Both the position numbers and the translations under genes were made by a program. A model generated the notes under the pieces. The model did not search any database. It was not told the origin of the DNA and worked only from the letters and a program-made list of their open reading frames with translations. This document shows positions 24,000-34,750 of a DNA stretch of 35,636 nt, in pieces; position 1 is the stretch's first letter; each line of letters opens with the position of its first letter. Origin of the DNA: Chiloscyllium plagiosum (lineage: Eukaryota). Location of the stretch: the NCBI RefSeq assembly GCF_004010195.1, contig NC_057711.1, forward strand, positions 3,616,460-3,652,095, read 5' to 3'.

Positions 24000-25770
24000 G
24001 GTAAGAATGGAACCAGACTACTCTGTATTGAGTGAGGCAGCAAAAACAATGAGAGCAGTCACAGCCGTGTCAATCCTGTAAAATCCTTTTCATTAACATC
24101 CTCCTCATTAACATCTGGAAGCCAGTGCAAAAAGTGGATGAGTTGTCTCACAGACTGGTCAACTAACAGTTTCACGGAGACAAACTCATGGAATCATAAC
24201 TCACAATGTCTCAGGCATTCCTATTGTCATTCCTGGATATATCCTGTCCCATTGGCAGGACACACCTGGAAGAAATTGAGGCACTGTGATATACATTTGG
24301 GAGGGGATTGCACTGGGAGTCCCCAACATGAAGTCCCCAACTTAAAGATAACATTGTTAGCCCATGGAACCACAAACTGTAACCTCGTGATCCATGTTAA
24401 CTCCCCACACCACCATTCCCATCAGTGAAGAGTCCAGGTGAGTATGCTGTGAGCAATATCATGGTGGTAAAAACAATGACTGCAGATGCTGGAAACCAGA
24501 TCCTGGATTAGTGATGCTGAAGTCAACAGCAGTTCAGGCAGCATCCGAAGACAGGCAAAATCCGAGGACAGGCAAAATCGACGTTTCGGGCAAAAGCCCT
24601 TCACCTTTTGCCCGAAACGTCGATTTTGCCTGTCTTCGGATGCTGCCTGAACTGCTGTGCTCTTCCAGCACCACTAATCCAGAATGTGAGCAACATCAGG
24701 CAAACCTAAAAATGTGTGGCCCCACGCTGAAACTAGAACCTTCAGGACTTCTTGCTTGTCATACAGCCAGAAACACCACACAACAGAGTCATCATATAAC
24801 CAATGGATCATATGGCTCAGCTGTCCTGAATGGACCATTACTGGTGGTGGACAATTGCTGTACTAGCTGGTTCAGTACAGTTACAACACTGGGATTTCCC
24901 CAACAATTTGTAAAGTTGCCTGGGTATGTCCTGTACACAAAAAGTGAAGTGAGTCTGATTAGGCCAATTACTGCTCTTTCAGTGCACTCTTGATCATCAA
25001 TAAAGTGATGGAAAATGTGAGTGACTGCCCTTAACATCAAGGCCACAGTCAAATGTGTGTAGCATCAAGGAAGCTGAGCAAAACTGAACTCAATGGGAAT
25101 TGGGGAAGAATCTTCCACTGGTTTGAGTCATACCTGGCACACAGGAAGATGGTTTTGGTTTTTGGAGGTCGGTCATCTCAGCTCCAGGATCTATCTGCAG
25201 AAGTTCTTCAGGGTAGTATCCTAGGCCCAACCATCTTCAACTGCTTCACCAATGACTTTCCCGTCATCAAAAGTTCAGAAGTGAGGATGGATGTTCACTG
25301 ATCAACATGGGATGAAGAACATCACCACCTACAAGCTTTCCTCCAAGATGTGCACCATCCTGATTTGGAGATATTTCACCATTCTGTCAGTATCACTGGG
25401 GCAAAATCCTGGAACTCCTTTAACAAGTACATCATGATGGAGTACAGCAGTTCAAGAAGGCAGCTCATCATTCCCTTCTCCAGGGCAATTAGGGATGGCG
25501 AATGAAGGCTGACTGAGCATGTGGTGCTCACATCCCTTTGAACAATTGCAAGATAAATATAGTTCCAAGCCAGGGTGGTGGTGGAGGCAGGTACAACAGG
25601 CATTTAAGGGACTTTTACGTAAGTACGTGAATACACAAGAAATTGAGGGTATGAACCAATAGCAGGCTGAAAGGATTAGTTTCATTTTGTGTCATGTTTG
25701 GCACAATAATGTGGGCCGAAGGGCCCATTCCTGTTTTGTACAGTTCTATCTTCTATGTTCTGAACCCTCA
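24000..25770 (+). mobile_element. Highly degenerate CR1/L2-type LINE remnants
   Basis: WFESYLAHRKMV...QGSILGPTIFNCFTND (ORF 25053..25301), RPITAL, and a CR1 tail near 25750. Confidence 0.7.
24466..24684. mobile_element. Penelope-like palindromic terminal element with a target-site duplication; hammerhead 5' core truncated at the symmetry centre
   Basis: Same GGTAAAAACAATGACTGCAGATGCTGGAAACCAGAT start as 15249; inverted arms around 24605; flanking TGTGAGCAA(T/C)ATCA at 24448-24461 and 24685-24698. Confidence 0.75.
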
Positions 25771-26419
25771 TTGGATGAGCATGTCTCAGGGTGAAGGAAC
25801 CTTCAGCTCACCTTGGCTGAGAGTCTCAGTGTTGCTATCTTCTCTATCTAGTGGCTGAGGTGAAAATGAGGGGAGCTGCCATCTCCCGAATTATTCCAAT
25901 CCTCAGCAGATTGTGAAATTTGAATTGAAAATGTCTGGGACTAAAAACTAATTGCATAATGAACATGTTTCCATCATCATAAAAGAAAACCCATCTGGGC
26001 CATGCATGTCTTTTAGGGAGGGAGATCTGCTATCATTCCCACAGTAATGTGGTTGACTCTTAACTGCCCCATGAATGGCTCACTCAGTTCTGGACAAGGA
26101 GTGAACCCAGCAATGTGAATGAAACTGTGGCTACAAGAACAGGTCAGAGACTAGGTATCCTGTAAATTAACATATTAAGGCCTATTGATCAGTCAGGAGT
26201 ATGATGGAATACTCCCCACTTGCCTGGAAGAATGCAAGAAAATATATTGCTGCTCTGTTATGGTCACGGGGTCAAAATTCTGGAACTCTGATCCTAACAC
26301 CATTGTGGGAATAAAAGTTACTACAAAATACATTGCAGTAAGGCACCAACACTTCCTCCATCAACACTTTCTAAACTAATGACCTCTACCATCATGGTGA
26401 AAATCAGCAGCAAATACAC

Positions 26420-28480
26420 ATCATCTGCACCCTCTCCAAAGCCTCCACATCCTTCCTGTAACCTGGCAACAGAACTGAAAGCAATACTCTAAGTGTGGCC
26501 TAGCTCTAAGTGGGTGGCACGGTGCCACAGTGGTTAGCACTGCTGCCTCACATTGCCAGAGACCCGGGTTCAATTCCCACCTCAGGCAGACTGTCTGCGT
26601 GGGTTTGCTACAGTACAAAAATTTGCAGGTTAGGTGAATTGGCCATACTAAATTGCCTGTAGTGTTAGGTGTGGGTGGATGGTGGGTCAGGTTGGGCTGA
26701 AGGGCCTGTTTCCACACTGTAAGTAATCTAAAATCAAAGTCTTATAAAGCTGCAGCATGACATTCTGACTCTTGTACTCAGAGGATCCTATCCCATAAAG
26801 GAAAGCATGCCATATGTCTTTTTTACCAACCGATCAACTTGTATGGCTATTTTCAGGGAGCTATGGACTTCACAATCACAACATCCTTCTGTACATTTAC
26901 ATTTGATTTCCCAAAGTGTAGTCACACCTACCTGGATTAAATTCCATCTGCCATTTCTCTGCCCATATCTGCAACTGATCTACATCCTACTGTATCCTTT
27001 GACAACATTCTACACTATCCATAACTCCACCAACCTTTGTATCATCTGCAAACTTGTTAAACCACCCATCTACATTTTCTTCAAAGCCATTTGTATATGT
27101 ATCACAAACAGCAGAAGTCCTAAAATGGATCTCTTTGTTACAGACATTCAGCCTGAAAAACAACCTTCTACCACTACCCTCTGTCTTCATTTGACAAGCC
27201 AATTCTGAATCCACATGGCCAGGTCACCGTGAATCCCATGCATCTTAATTCATGTAAACAACATCCACTACTCTACCCTCATCAATCACCTTCATTACCT
27301 CTTCAAAAAACGCAATCAAGTTAGTAAAACATGACCTGATTTTTCATAAATAGGCCATACCTTTCCAAATATGCATCAATCCTATCTCTAAGAATTCTCT
27401 CCAATAGCTTCCCAACAAATGATTTGAGATTCATTGGTCTGTAGTTTCCTATATTATTCCTATTTCCCTTCTTGAACAGAGGAACATCTTTTGCGACCTG
27501 TCAGTCCTCCAGGAACTATTCAGTGGCTAGCAAGGATATAAAGATCTCGGTCAAGGTCCCAGCAATCTTCTCTCTTGCCTCTCTCAATAACCTTGGGTAG
27601 ATACCATCAGGCTTTGGAGAGTTATCCACCTTAATGTTCTTCAAGAGATGTTCTTCTTTCTAGATTTCAAAATGCTCTAGCATATTAGCACTCTCTACAC
27701 AAATCTCACCATCCTCCATATCCCTTTCCTGGGTGAATACTGATGCAACATACTTATTTAGAGTCTCATCACATTCTCTGCTTTCAAGCACAAGTCCCCT
27801 CCTTTACCTTTGGTCCTACCTTCCCCATTGTTATCCTTTTGTTTTTAATGTAGCTATAAAATGCCTTGGGATTCTCTTTAACCCTACTTACCAAAGTAAT
27901 TTCTTGGCCCCTTTTGCTCTCCTAATTTCTTGCTTTCCTTATATTCCTCATGGGTTCTGTCCGATTTTAGCTTCCTAAACCTTAATATGTTTCTTTTTTC
28001 CTTTTTGACTAAATTCACAGCTTCTCTTGTTATCCAATGGTCTCTTTTCTTGCTATCCTTATCCTTCCTCCTTACTGGAATATGCTGGTCTTCAACTCTC
28101 CCCAGAAGGTCTTTAAACAGGTTCCCATGTGTGAAAAAGTAGACATGCCTGAAAACAGCTCCTGCCAATTAACACTCCCTAGCTCCTGCTTAATACTGAT
28201 GTAATTTGCCCTCCCTCAATTTAGTACCTTTTCACAAGGTCCTGACTTATCATTGTTCATAGCTATCTTAAATCACAAGGAGTTGTAACCACTGTTACCA
28301 AAATGCTCTCCCGATGAATAGTCAGTCACCTGGCCAGGCTCATTAGCCAAAACAAGGTCCAGTATGGCCCCTTCTCAAGCTGGACTATCAATATACTGTT
28401 CAATAAACCCTCTTGAATGCACTTAACAAATTCTGCCCTGTCTAAGTCTCTTCCTCTAAGGGAGTCCCAGTCAATACTGG
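26420..28480 (-). mobile_element. Fragmented CR1 ORF2, interrupted by a SINE
   Basis: ARPHLEYCFQFC, NKFADDTKVGGV, DQHIPVRRKDKDSKKRDHWITRE and DWDSLRGRDLDRAEFVKCIQEG occur in collinear order. Confidence 0.85.
26512..26735 (+). mobile_element. HE1-type V-SINE, internally deleted
   Basis: GGCACGGTGCCACAGTGGTTAGCACTGCTGCCTCAC...GGTTCAATTCCC head and TTTCCACACTGTAAGTAATCTA tail. Confidence 0.85.
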
Positions 28481-28800
28481 TTCTTCTTTTCCTCAACCAA
28501 TGCTGATAGAGCAGGGTTCTCATTGGTAGGGATGTTGGAGTTTGAATCCTCAGTGATGTTTTCTCTCTTATCTATTCCTAGTTTGAACACGGCAAATGAC
28601 TGAGTGTGTTAGAGACTGTGGGACGTTGCAGAAATGATGATGGAATGGTCTATAAATTCTAGCTTCATATTACTGCCTTCTGCCTCAGACCTACTGAAAA
28701 AGCCCTGGATAAAGAGCCAAGCTGAGAGCTCCTGGACCAGGTAGAGCCTATTCCCAATGAATTATCAGGTCAGTGACACCATTTGAACATCGATCCTTAC

Positions 28801-29184
28801 CTGTCACTTCCAGATATGTTCCTGTCTGAATTCCAAAACTGCCGATATTGAGCATCACAAAACACAAGTAAGAACCGGCATCATCCCATCTCACTCTCTC
28901 TATCATTAATGAGACATCGTTGTTGGTAAGGTTTCCCACGAATCTGAATCGTTTCCCACCGTCCTGCTGTATCACATTCTCACACAGCTCACCCTGGGAA
29001 TGGTCTGGCCCAGGATATATACAATTAAAGATAACATGCGTGCTAGATTTCATCCATATAATGGAGCCAGTGAGTGTGAGATGAGTGTCAGGGTGGGTGA
29101 AGCTGCAGGGTAAGACAGCGGTTCTTCCTTCTTCAGCCCTCACGTCGTCCGCAACTGTCATTGACCAACCTTTGTCAGAATACG
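28801..29184 (-). CDS. Ig V-set exon 1, Siglec-15-like (sialic-acid-binding Arg replaced by Phe)
   Basis: Long polypyrimidine acceptor ...ccctcacag; 384 nt in phase 1-1; donor CAG|gtaagg. WSMTVADDVRAEEGRTAVLPCSFTHP...IFNC...ELC...RFRFVGNLTNNDVSLMIERV...YLCFV matches my recollection of human SIGLEC15 WSMQVPPEVSAEAGDAAVLPCTFTHP...VFRC...ELC...RFRLLGNPRRNDLSLRVERL...YFCRV. Confidence 0.92.
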
Positions 29185-30317
29185 CTGTGAGGGTGGGGGA
29201 GAGAGAGGGAGAGAGACAGAATATGAACACAGGACAGACATCAAACAGTGAAGTAAAGCACTGAATCTGTTATTATGGATATAACATCGTACAGTTGTTG
29301 TATCTGAAAGGACTGTTGACAGTGTTGAATAAGCTACAGACTGGAGTACAACATGGGCTTCAGGTGGTTTGTAAACATCCTGAGATTAGATTGTGAGTGT
29401 TTGTTGCTGTTGGTTGATGAGAGGGTTTAGTGTCTGAGAGTTGTTTGAACTTTTCATTGTTCGAGGACACCAAGGGTGATCTTAAGAGCAGATTTCAGGG
29501 CATTCCCTACAGAACCTTTTCTGTTTCTCATCACTTTCTACTCTATTACTGAGCCAGCTTTTAGCAACCTGGCTCATTCATCAGTAGTAGCAGGGGGATG
29601 CAGTATGCAGCGGAGGTAAAGCAGAGGGAAAGACAGATAGAAATAAAGAAGGAGAACTGAAGTAAAAAAGTAAATTCACCAGAAAACTGCTGTCTTATTA
29701 GAGAAACATGATTGGTAATGATTTAAGCTGAGGGTCGCTATGCCTCAGGCAAGGGGCACGGTTGAGAAGGTGGGACCTTCATAGTCCCCTCAGACAGAAT
29801 GGGAATTAAACCTGCATTGTTGGCATCACTCTACATCACAAACTAACTATCCAGCCAACTGAGCTAACTGATTGCAGATTAGATGTGTAAGGGTGGTGGA
29901 ATGAAGAAGAAGAGGTGATGTTGCAACATTATTCAAAGAGTCCATTGCTGTAATGAGATGGATGATATCTTGAAATCATTCTCAAGTGAGGCTACATGGT
30001 ACATTGTAAAAACAAACTCCTCCAACACCACCCCTGTCTCCAACCGTCAAGTCAATTTTGTATCCAATTGGCATTCCTTCCCTGAATCCCACATGATCTA
30101 ACTTTATTCATTGGTCCACCATATGGAACCTTGGACAATGGCTTTACTAAAATCCATGTAAACAATATCTCCCCCTCTGCCTTCATTGGTCTTTTTGGTT
30201 ATATCCTCAAAAACCTCAATCAAGTTTTGATTTGGAGATGCCGGTGTTGGACTGGGGTGTACAAAGTTAAAAATCACACAACACCAGGTTATAGTCCAAC
30301 AGGTTTAATTGGAAGCA

Positions 30318-30352
30318 CACTAGCTTTCGGAGTGACGCTCCTTCATCAGGTA
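30318..30352 (-). ncRNA. Minimal hammerhead ribozyme motif (left arm)
   Basis: Minus strand UAC-CUGAUGA-A-GGAG-CGUCA-CUCC-GAAA-G-CUA-GUG. Confidence 0.65.
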
Positions 30353-30427
30353 ATTGTCGAGGGCTCAATTGTAACACAGCAAAAATTTTTGCTATAAATT
30401 CTGTGTTACGATCGAGCCCTCCACAAT

Positions 30428-30462
30428 CACCTGATGAAGGAGCGTCGCTCCGAAAGCTAGTG
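30428..30462 (+). ncRNA. Minimal hammerhead ribozyme motif (right arm)
   Basis: CAC-CUGAUGA-A-GGAGC-GUC-GCUCC-GAAA-G-CUA-GUG: stem I CAC/GUG, 5-bp stem II, palindromic stem III AGCU, NUH triplet CUA. Confidence 0.7.
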
Positions 30463-30892
30463 TGCTTCCAATTAAACCTGTTGGACTATAACCTGGTGCT
30501 GTGTGATATTTAACTATGTACACCCCAGTCCAACACCGGCATCTCCAAATAATTTGTTAACAGAGAGACAATCCGTGGCACAGTTACAGACTGCTCCAAG
30601 CTTTCCTCCCGAGCAGATGCACAGCGCGTTGTTATTTCGTGTTGAGTGCAGTGACCCCCTTCTCGAAACTCTCCACAGATCCTGCTCCCTTTCTCCAGCA
30701 ATTACTGTCCCCTTCTGCTACAGCCTTGCAGTAGCCCAGGTTCTGTTGTTCTGTTTTGCTCACAGCTCCTGAAAAGTTTCCCCAACGAGTTACCGCGACA
30801 GATGTCAAGGGAACTGGAAACATGAGAGATGTTCCAGTCTGCCCACCGCTCTCAGCGCTGGGAGGCTGAGCAAGGTTGGAACCCTGTACCTC

Positions 30893-30919
30893 CCTCCTCC
30901 TCCTCCTCCTCCTCCTCCT
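30893..30919. repeat. (CCT)n microsatellite about 60 nt into the TTPA intron
   Basis: About nine CCT units are visible. Confidence 0.9.
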
Positions 30920-30979
30920 GCGGCTGCTGGGAATTGTGTGTCTTTGTTGCTAACCCTGTCCTCCTGCCTTTGAGCTCAC

Positions 30980-31189
30980 CTTCAGTGCCTGTTCGATGTT
31001 GAAGTCCCGGGCTCTCAGGAACCTGAGCAGGAATTCATTCCGCAGACCGAGCGGCCAGTGCGCGCTCTCGCCCAGCGCCCGCTCCCGGAGCTCCGCGATA
31101 CAGCGCACCGCTGCCTCCGAGTACAGGCGCTGCTGCGGCGGATCCTCGGCGCAGGAGCTGCCCAGCTGCGGACACCCCTCTGCTGACAT
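30980..31189 (-). CDS. TTPA: Alpha-tocopherol transfer protein, coding exon 1 (CRAL-TRIO N domain)
   Basis: 70 codons ending IAELRERA...WPLGLRNEFLLRFLRARDFNIEQALK, then a phase-0 donor AAG|gtgagc. The RARDF motif (rather than RARKF) and the intron position agree with vertebrate TTPA exon 1. Confidence 0.8.
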
Positions 31190-31574
31190 AGCACCCCCCT
31201 CCTCCTCCTCCCTGTCTCTCTCCGAGCCCTCAGTAACCGCTCGGCCTCTCCCCTCTAAGATCCCACTTTCAGCACCATTCCACCTCCAAGTTACTCCGGA
31301 ACTTTACTTGTAGGCGGCACCCAGGCGCCATCCAATCGCATGTTGGTCTTTCACTCCCCCCCCCCCCCTCCTGTTGATTTGGACACTGCAGGGTGGCAGT
31401 AACTATCTGACTGGGAGCTGATAGCAGAAATAAAGTTTATTTTCAACTGAAACTCTGAAATCTCAGTCTGCACTGGGGAATGCAACAGGCAGTGTTGTTG
31501 TTGTATTCTTTCTCCAACTGCTTCATAGCACCTGCTTCTCTCCACAATTATCCAGTTCATTTTAATCCTACAGT

Positions 31575-31817
31575 CTGGGAGCAGACCATTTGGTCCATCG
31601 AGACCACACTGACACTCCCACCCAGACCCCCCCCCCCATTCCTGTAACCCTGTGTTTCCCATGGCTCATCCACCTAGCCTGCACATCCCTGGGCACCATG
31701 GGCATTTAGGTAAAAACAATGACTGCAGATGCTGGAAACCAGATTCTGGATCAATGGTGCTGGAAGAGCACAGCAGTTCAGGCAGCATCCGAGGAGCTTC
31801 AGCAAAATCGACGTTTC
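31575..31817. mobile_element. HE1-like SINE 3' part interrupted by a Penelope-like terminal element (from 31709) running into a gap
   Basis: SINE tail-like sequence, then GGTAAAAACAATGACTGCAGATGCTGGAAACCAG...AAAATCGACGTTTC, near-identical to the 15249 element. Confidence 0.75.
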
Positions 31818-32128
31818 NNNNNNNNNNNNNNNNNNNNNNNNNNNNNNNNNNNNNNNNNNNNNNNNNNNNNNNNNNNNNNNNNNNNNNNNNNNNNNNNNNN
31901 NNNNNNNNNNNNNNNNNNNNNNNNNNNNNNNNNNNNNNNNNNNNNNNNNNNNNNNNNNNNNNNNNNNNNNNNNNNNNNNNNNNNNNNNNNNNNNNNNNNN
32001 NNNNNNNNNNNNNNNNNNNNNNNNNNNNNNNNNNNNNNNNNNNNNNNNNNNNNNNNNNNNNNNNNNNNNNNNNNNNNNNNNNNNNNNNNNNNNNNNNNNN
32101 NNNNNNNNNNNNNNNNNNNNNNNNNNNN
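31818..32128. other. Assembly gap
   Basis: Run of N. Confidence 1.
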
Positions 32129-32725
32129 GTTGGAATATAAAAGCACCGTTGTGCTACTGAGATTTTATAAAGCTCTGGTTAGGCCCCATTTGGAGTACTC
32201 TGTCCAGTTTTGCTCCCCACACCTCAGTAAGGACATACTGGCACTGGAGCGTGTCCAGCTGAGATTCACACGGATGATCCCTGGAATGGTAGGTCTAACA
32301 TACGAGGAATGGCTGAGGATTCTGGGATTGTATTCATTGGAGTTTAAAAGTTTAAGGGGAGATCTAATAGAAACTTACAAGATAATACATGGCTTGGAAA
32401 TTGTTTCCGTTAGGTGAGGAGTCTAGGACCCGTGGACACAGCCTTAGAATTAGAGGGGGTAAATTCAGAACAGAAATGCGGAGACATTTCTTCAGCCAGA
32501 GAGTGGTGGACCTGTGGAATTCATTGCCACAGAGTGCAGTGGAGGCTGGGATGCTAAATGTCTTCAAGGCAGAAATTGATAAATTCTTGATGTCACAAGG
32601 AATTAAGGGCTATGGGGAGAATGCGGGTAAGTGGAGTTGAAATGCCCATCAGCCATGATTGAATGGCGGAGTGGACTCGATGGGCCAAATGGCCTTACTT
32701 CCGCTCCTATGTCTTATGGTCTTAT
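32129..32725 (+). mobile_element. CR1 LINE 3' end
   Basis: YKALVRPHLEYSVQFCSP...RGHSLRIRGGKFRTEMRRHFFSQRVVDLWNSLP and a TCTTATGGTCTTAT tail. Confidence 0.9.
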
Positions 32726-33064
32726 CCTTTTCCATAACTGTTTAAAAAGTAATAGAATTATGGTCACTGGCCCCAAAGTGCTCCTCTATTAACACTTCAG
32801 TCATTTGCCCTGCCTTATTTCCCAAGAGAAAGTCATGTTTATTTCTTCTCCAGTAGTTACCTCTATGTATTGAAAATACAAATTTCTCATTATCCAAATG
32901 TATAATATTTTGGCAGTCCCAGTCTATGTTTGGAAAGTTTAAATCTCCTGATATTAGAACTCTATAGTTCCTACATTTATCTGTGATCTCTCTGCAAATT
33001 TGCTCCTCAATTTCCCTCTAACTTTTGGGAGGGTCTATAGTATATTCCCATCAAGGTGATCGTT

Positions 33065-34750
33065 CACGAGGTTTATACCATCATGAGGGGTATAGATAAA
33101 GAGAATAGTAAAGGTCTTTTCCTTTGGGAGTGGGAGTTCCAAAGTAGGATGTATATTTTTTAGGCAAGAGGAAAAAGATTTAGAAGAGATCTAGGTGGAA
33201 ATATTTTCACACAGAGGGTGGTTTGTATGTGGAATGAACTGCCCAAGGAAGTGCTGGATGCAGGTATAGTTACAAGGTTTAAAAGACATTTGGATGTGTA
33301 CAGGAATAGGAAGAGTTTGGAAGGATATGGGGCAAATGCACCCAAATGGGAATAGTTCTATTTGGGAATTTTGGTCAGCGTGGACAGGATGGACCAAAAG
33401 CTGTTTCGCGCTGTATGACTCTATGTCACTATACCTATAAAACAGGGACAATCCATTTGCTGCGGATGTATTATAGACTCCTAAACAGTCAGGGAAAGGT
33501 AGAAAGATAGATATGTTGGCAAATCCTGGAGAACTATAAAAGTAACAAGGTAATAACAGATATCATCTTCCCCCACATTCAATTGGATTGACAAAGAGTG
33601 AAAGCTTAGAGCAGCCAGAATTCTTAAAATATGTCCATGAGAGATTTTGAGCGGAAATTTCAACATGATAGGGGTGATGCTGGATTGAATTCTAGCCTGA
33701 GGATCATTGATGTGTCACTGAAGAGCATTTCAATGACAGTGACTATGATTTAGGTAGATTTCAGGTAATTAGTGATCAGGACAAAGTTCTGATTGAGGAG
33801 AAGGCTGATTTTAATAAGACAGGATCTCGCTGAGATAGATTGGAAGCAGCTATCTGCAGGAAAATCCATGTCAGAGCAGAGAGAGACATTCATAAGGTGA
33901 GTCTAGGGCCAACATGTCTCTTTAAGGTGAAGATGATGGGTAGGACCAACAAGTCAAGAGATTCTGGATGCACAGGATTGGAAAAATGAAAAGAAGGAAG
34001 CTATTGGGAGGGACTGAGCTCTGAAAACACCGGATGGCCTCAGGTTATAGAAAGTACAGAAGGTCGCTTACAGAAAAATTTAGGAGAGCAAATTGGGACA
34101 GGATAAAACACTGTTTGATAATATTAAGGAAAATCAGAGGGAATATTATAGGTATATTGGGGCAAGAGAATAATCAGGGAAAGAATAGCCACATGAGGAT
34201 CAAATAGGCAGTCCATGGATGGAGATAAAATTGTCGACAATGTCTCAAATGGATATTTTACATCTGTATTCACTATAGAGAGAAGCACAATGCAGGTACA
34301 AAAATCAGGGAAGGGTCTGTGGTAAATATGAACAATATAGCCTGTAGAAGGTGCAAAAAGTAGCAGTTTTATCAGTCTTGAAAGGGGCTAATACCCAGGC
34401 TCAGGTGAGATGTATCCCAGGCTGTGCCTGGGGCAAGGGAAGAGAATGCAATGGCTCTGATATTAATTTTCAAATCCTCTCTGGCCACAGGAGGGGTGCC
34501 AGAGCACTGAAGGCAGCTAAGGTGGTACCATTATTCAGGAAAGGTGGTAGTCATAAACCAGAAATTATTGGGAACTAATCTGAGGGACAGAATGAATCAC
34601 TGCTTGGAGAAGCAAGGATTAATCCACGATAATTAGCATGGCTTGGTAAAGGAATTGGATTGAATTGGACTCAATTGAATTTTCAGAGAGGTGACTATCT
34701 ACATGGATGAAGGTAATACAGATGATGAGGACTACAGTATGCTTCACTTA
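33065..34750 (+). mobile_element. Degenerate CR1 fragments (3' end 33065-33430, older ORF2 remnant after it)
   Basis: FTQRVVCMWNELP and a CTGTATGACTCTATG tail; AKVVPLFRKG at about 34520. Confidence 0.75.

Larger units (their letters stand above)
30230..30550. mobile_element. Penelope-like element termini in an inverted arrangement (about 320-bp near-perfect palindrome)
   Basis: ATTTGGAGATGCCGGTGTTGGACTGGGG... is mirrored by ...CCCCAGTCCAACACCGGCATCTCCAAAT; arms of about 150 bp with few mismatches; each arm has a hammerhead core. Confidence 0.8.
30840..31370 (-). promoter_or_regulatory. CpG-island-like promoter/first-exon region with a CCAAT box
   Basis: CG dinucleotides are visibly dense here against a CpG-poor background; CCAAT at about 31332 and a poly-C/G tract at about 31356-31368 lie upstream of the ATG. 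Confidence 0.6.

Noticed and set aside
16071-29184. V exons as rearranging Ig, IgNAR or TCR gene segments
   Set aside because: Each exon includes its own G strand and ends at a splice donor; no CACAGTG heptamer or nonamer follows the F-strand Cys, and no J-type WGxG/FGxG motif or C1 exon was seen.
28801-29184. Assigning the symbol SIGLEC15
   Set aside because: V1 is similar, but the Arg, C2 domain and TM Lys are missing and orthology cannot be shown without a tree or synteny.
30996-31313. Plus-strand 105-aa ORF
   Set aside because: Antisense shadow of the GC-rich TTPA exon with a non-ATG start and no recognisable motif.
31308-31341. MRLDGAWVPPT|gtaaag upstream of TTPA as the receptor leader exon (phase 1, resembles AWVLPT of the SIGLEC15 leader)
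   Set aside because: Only 11 codons, no hydrophobic core, a weak donor, and it overlaps the CCAAT box; probably chance.
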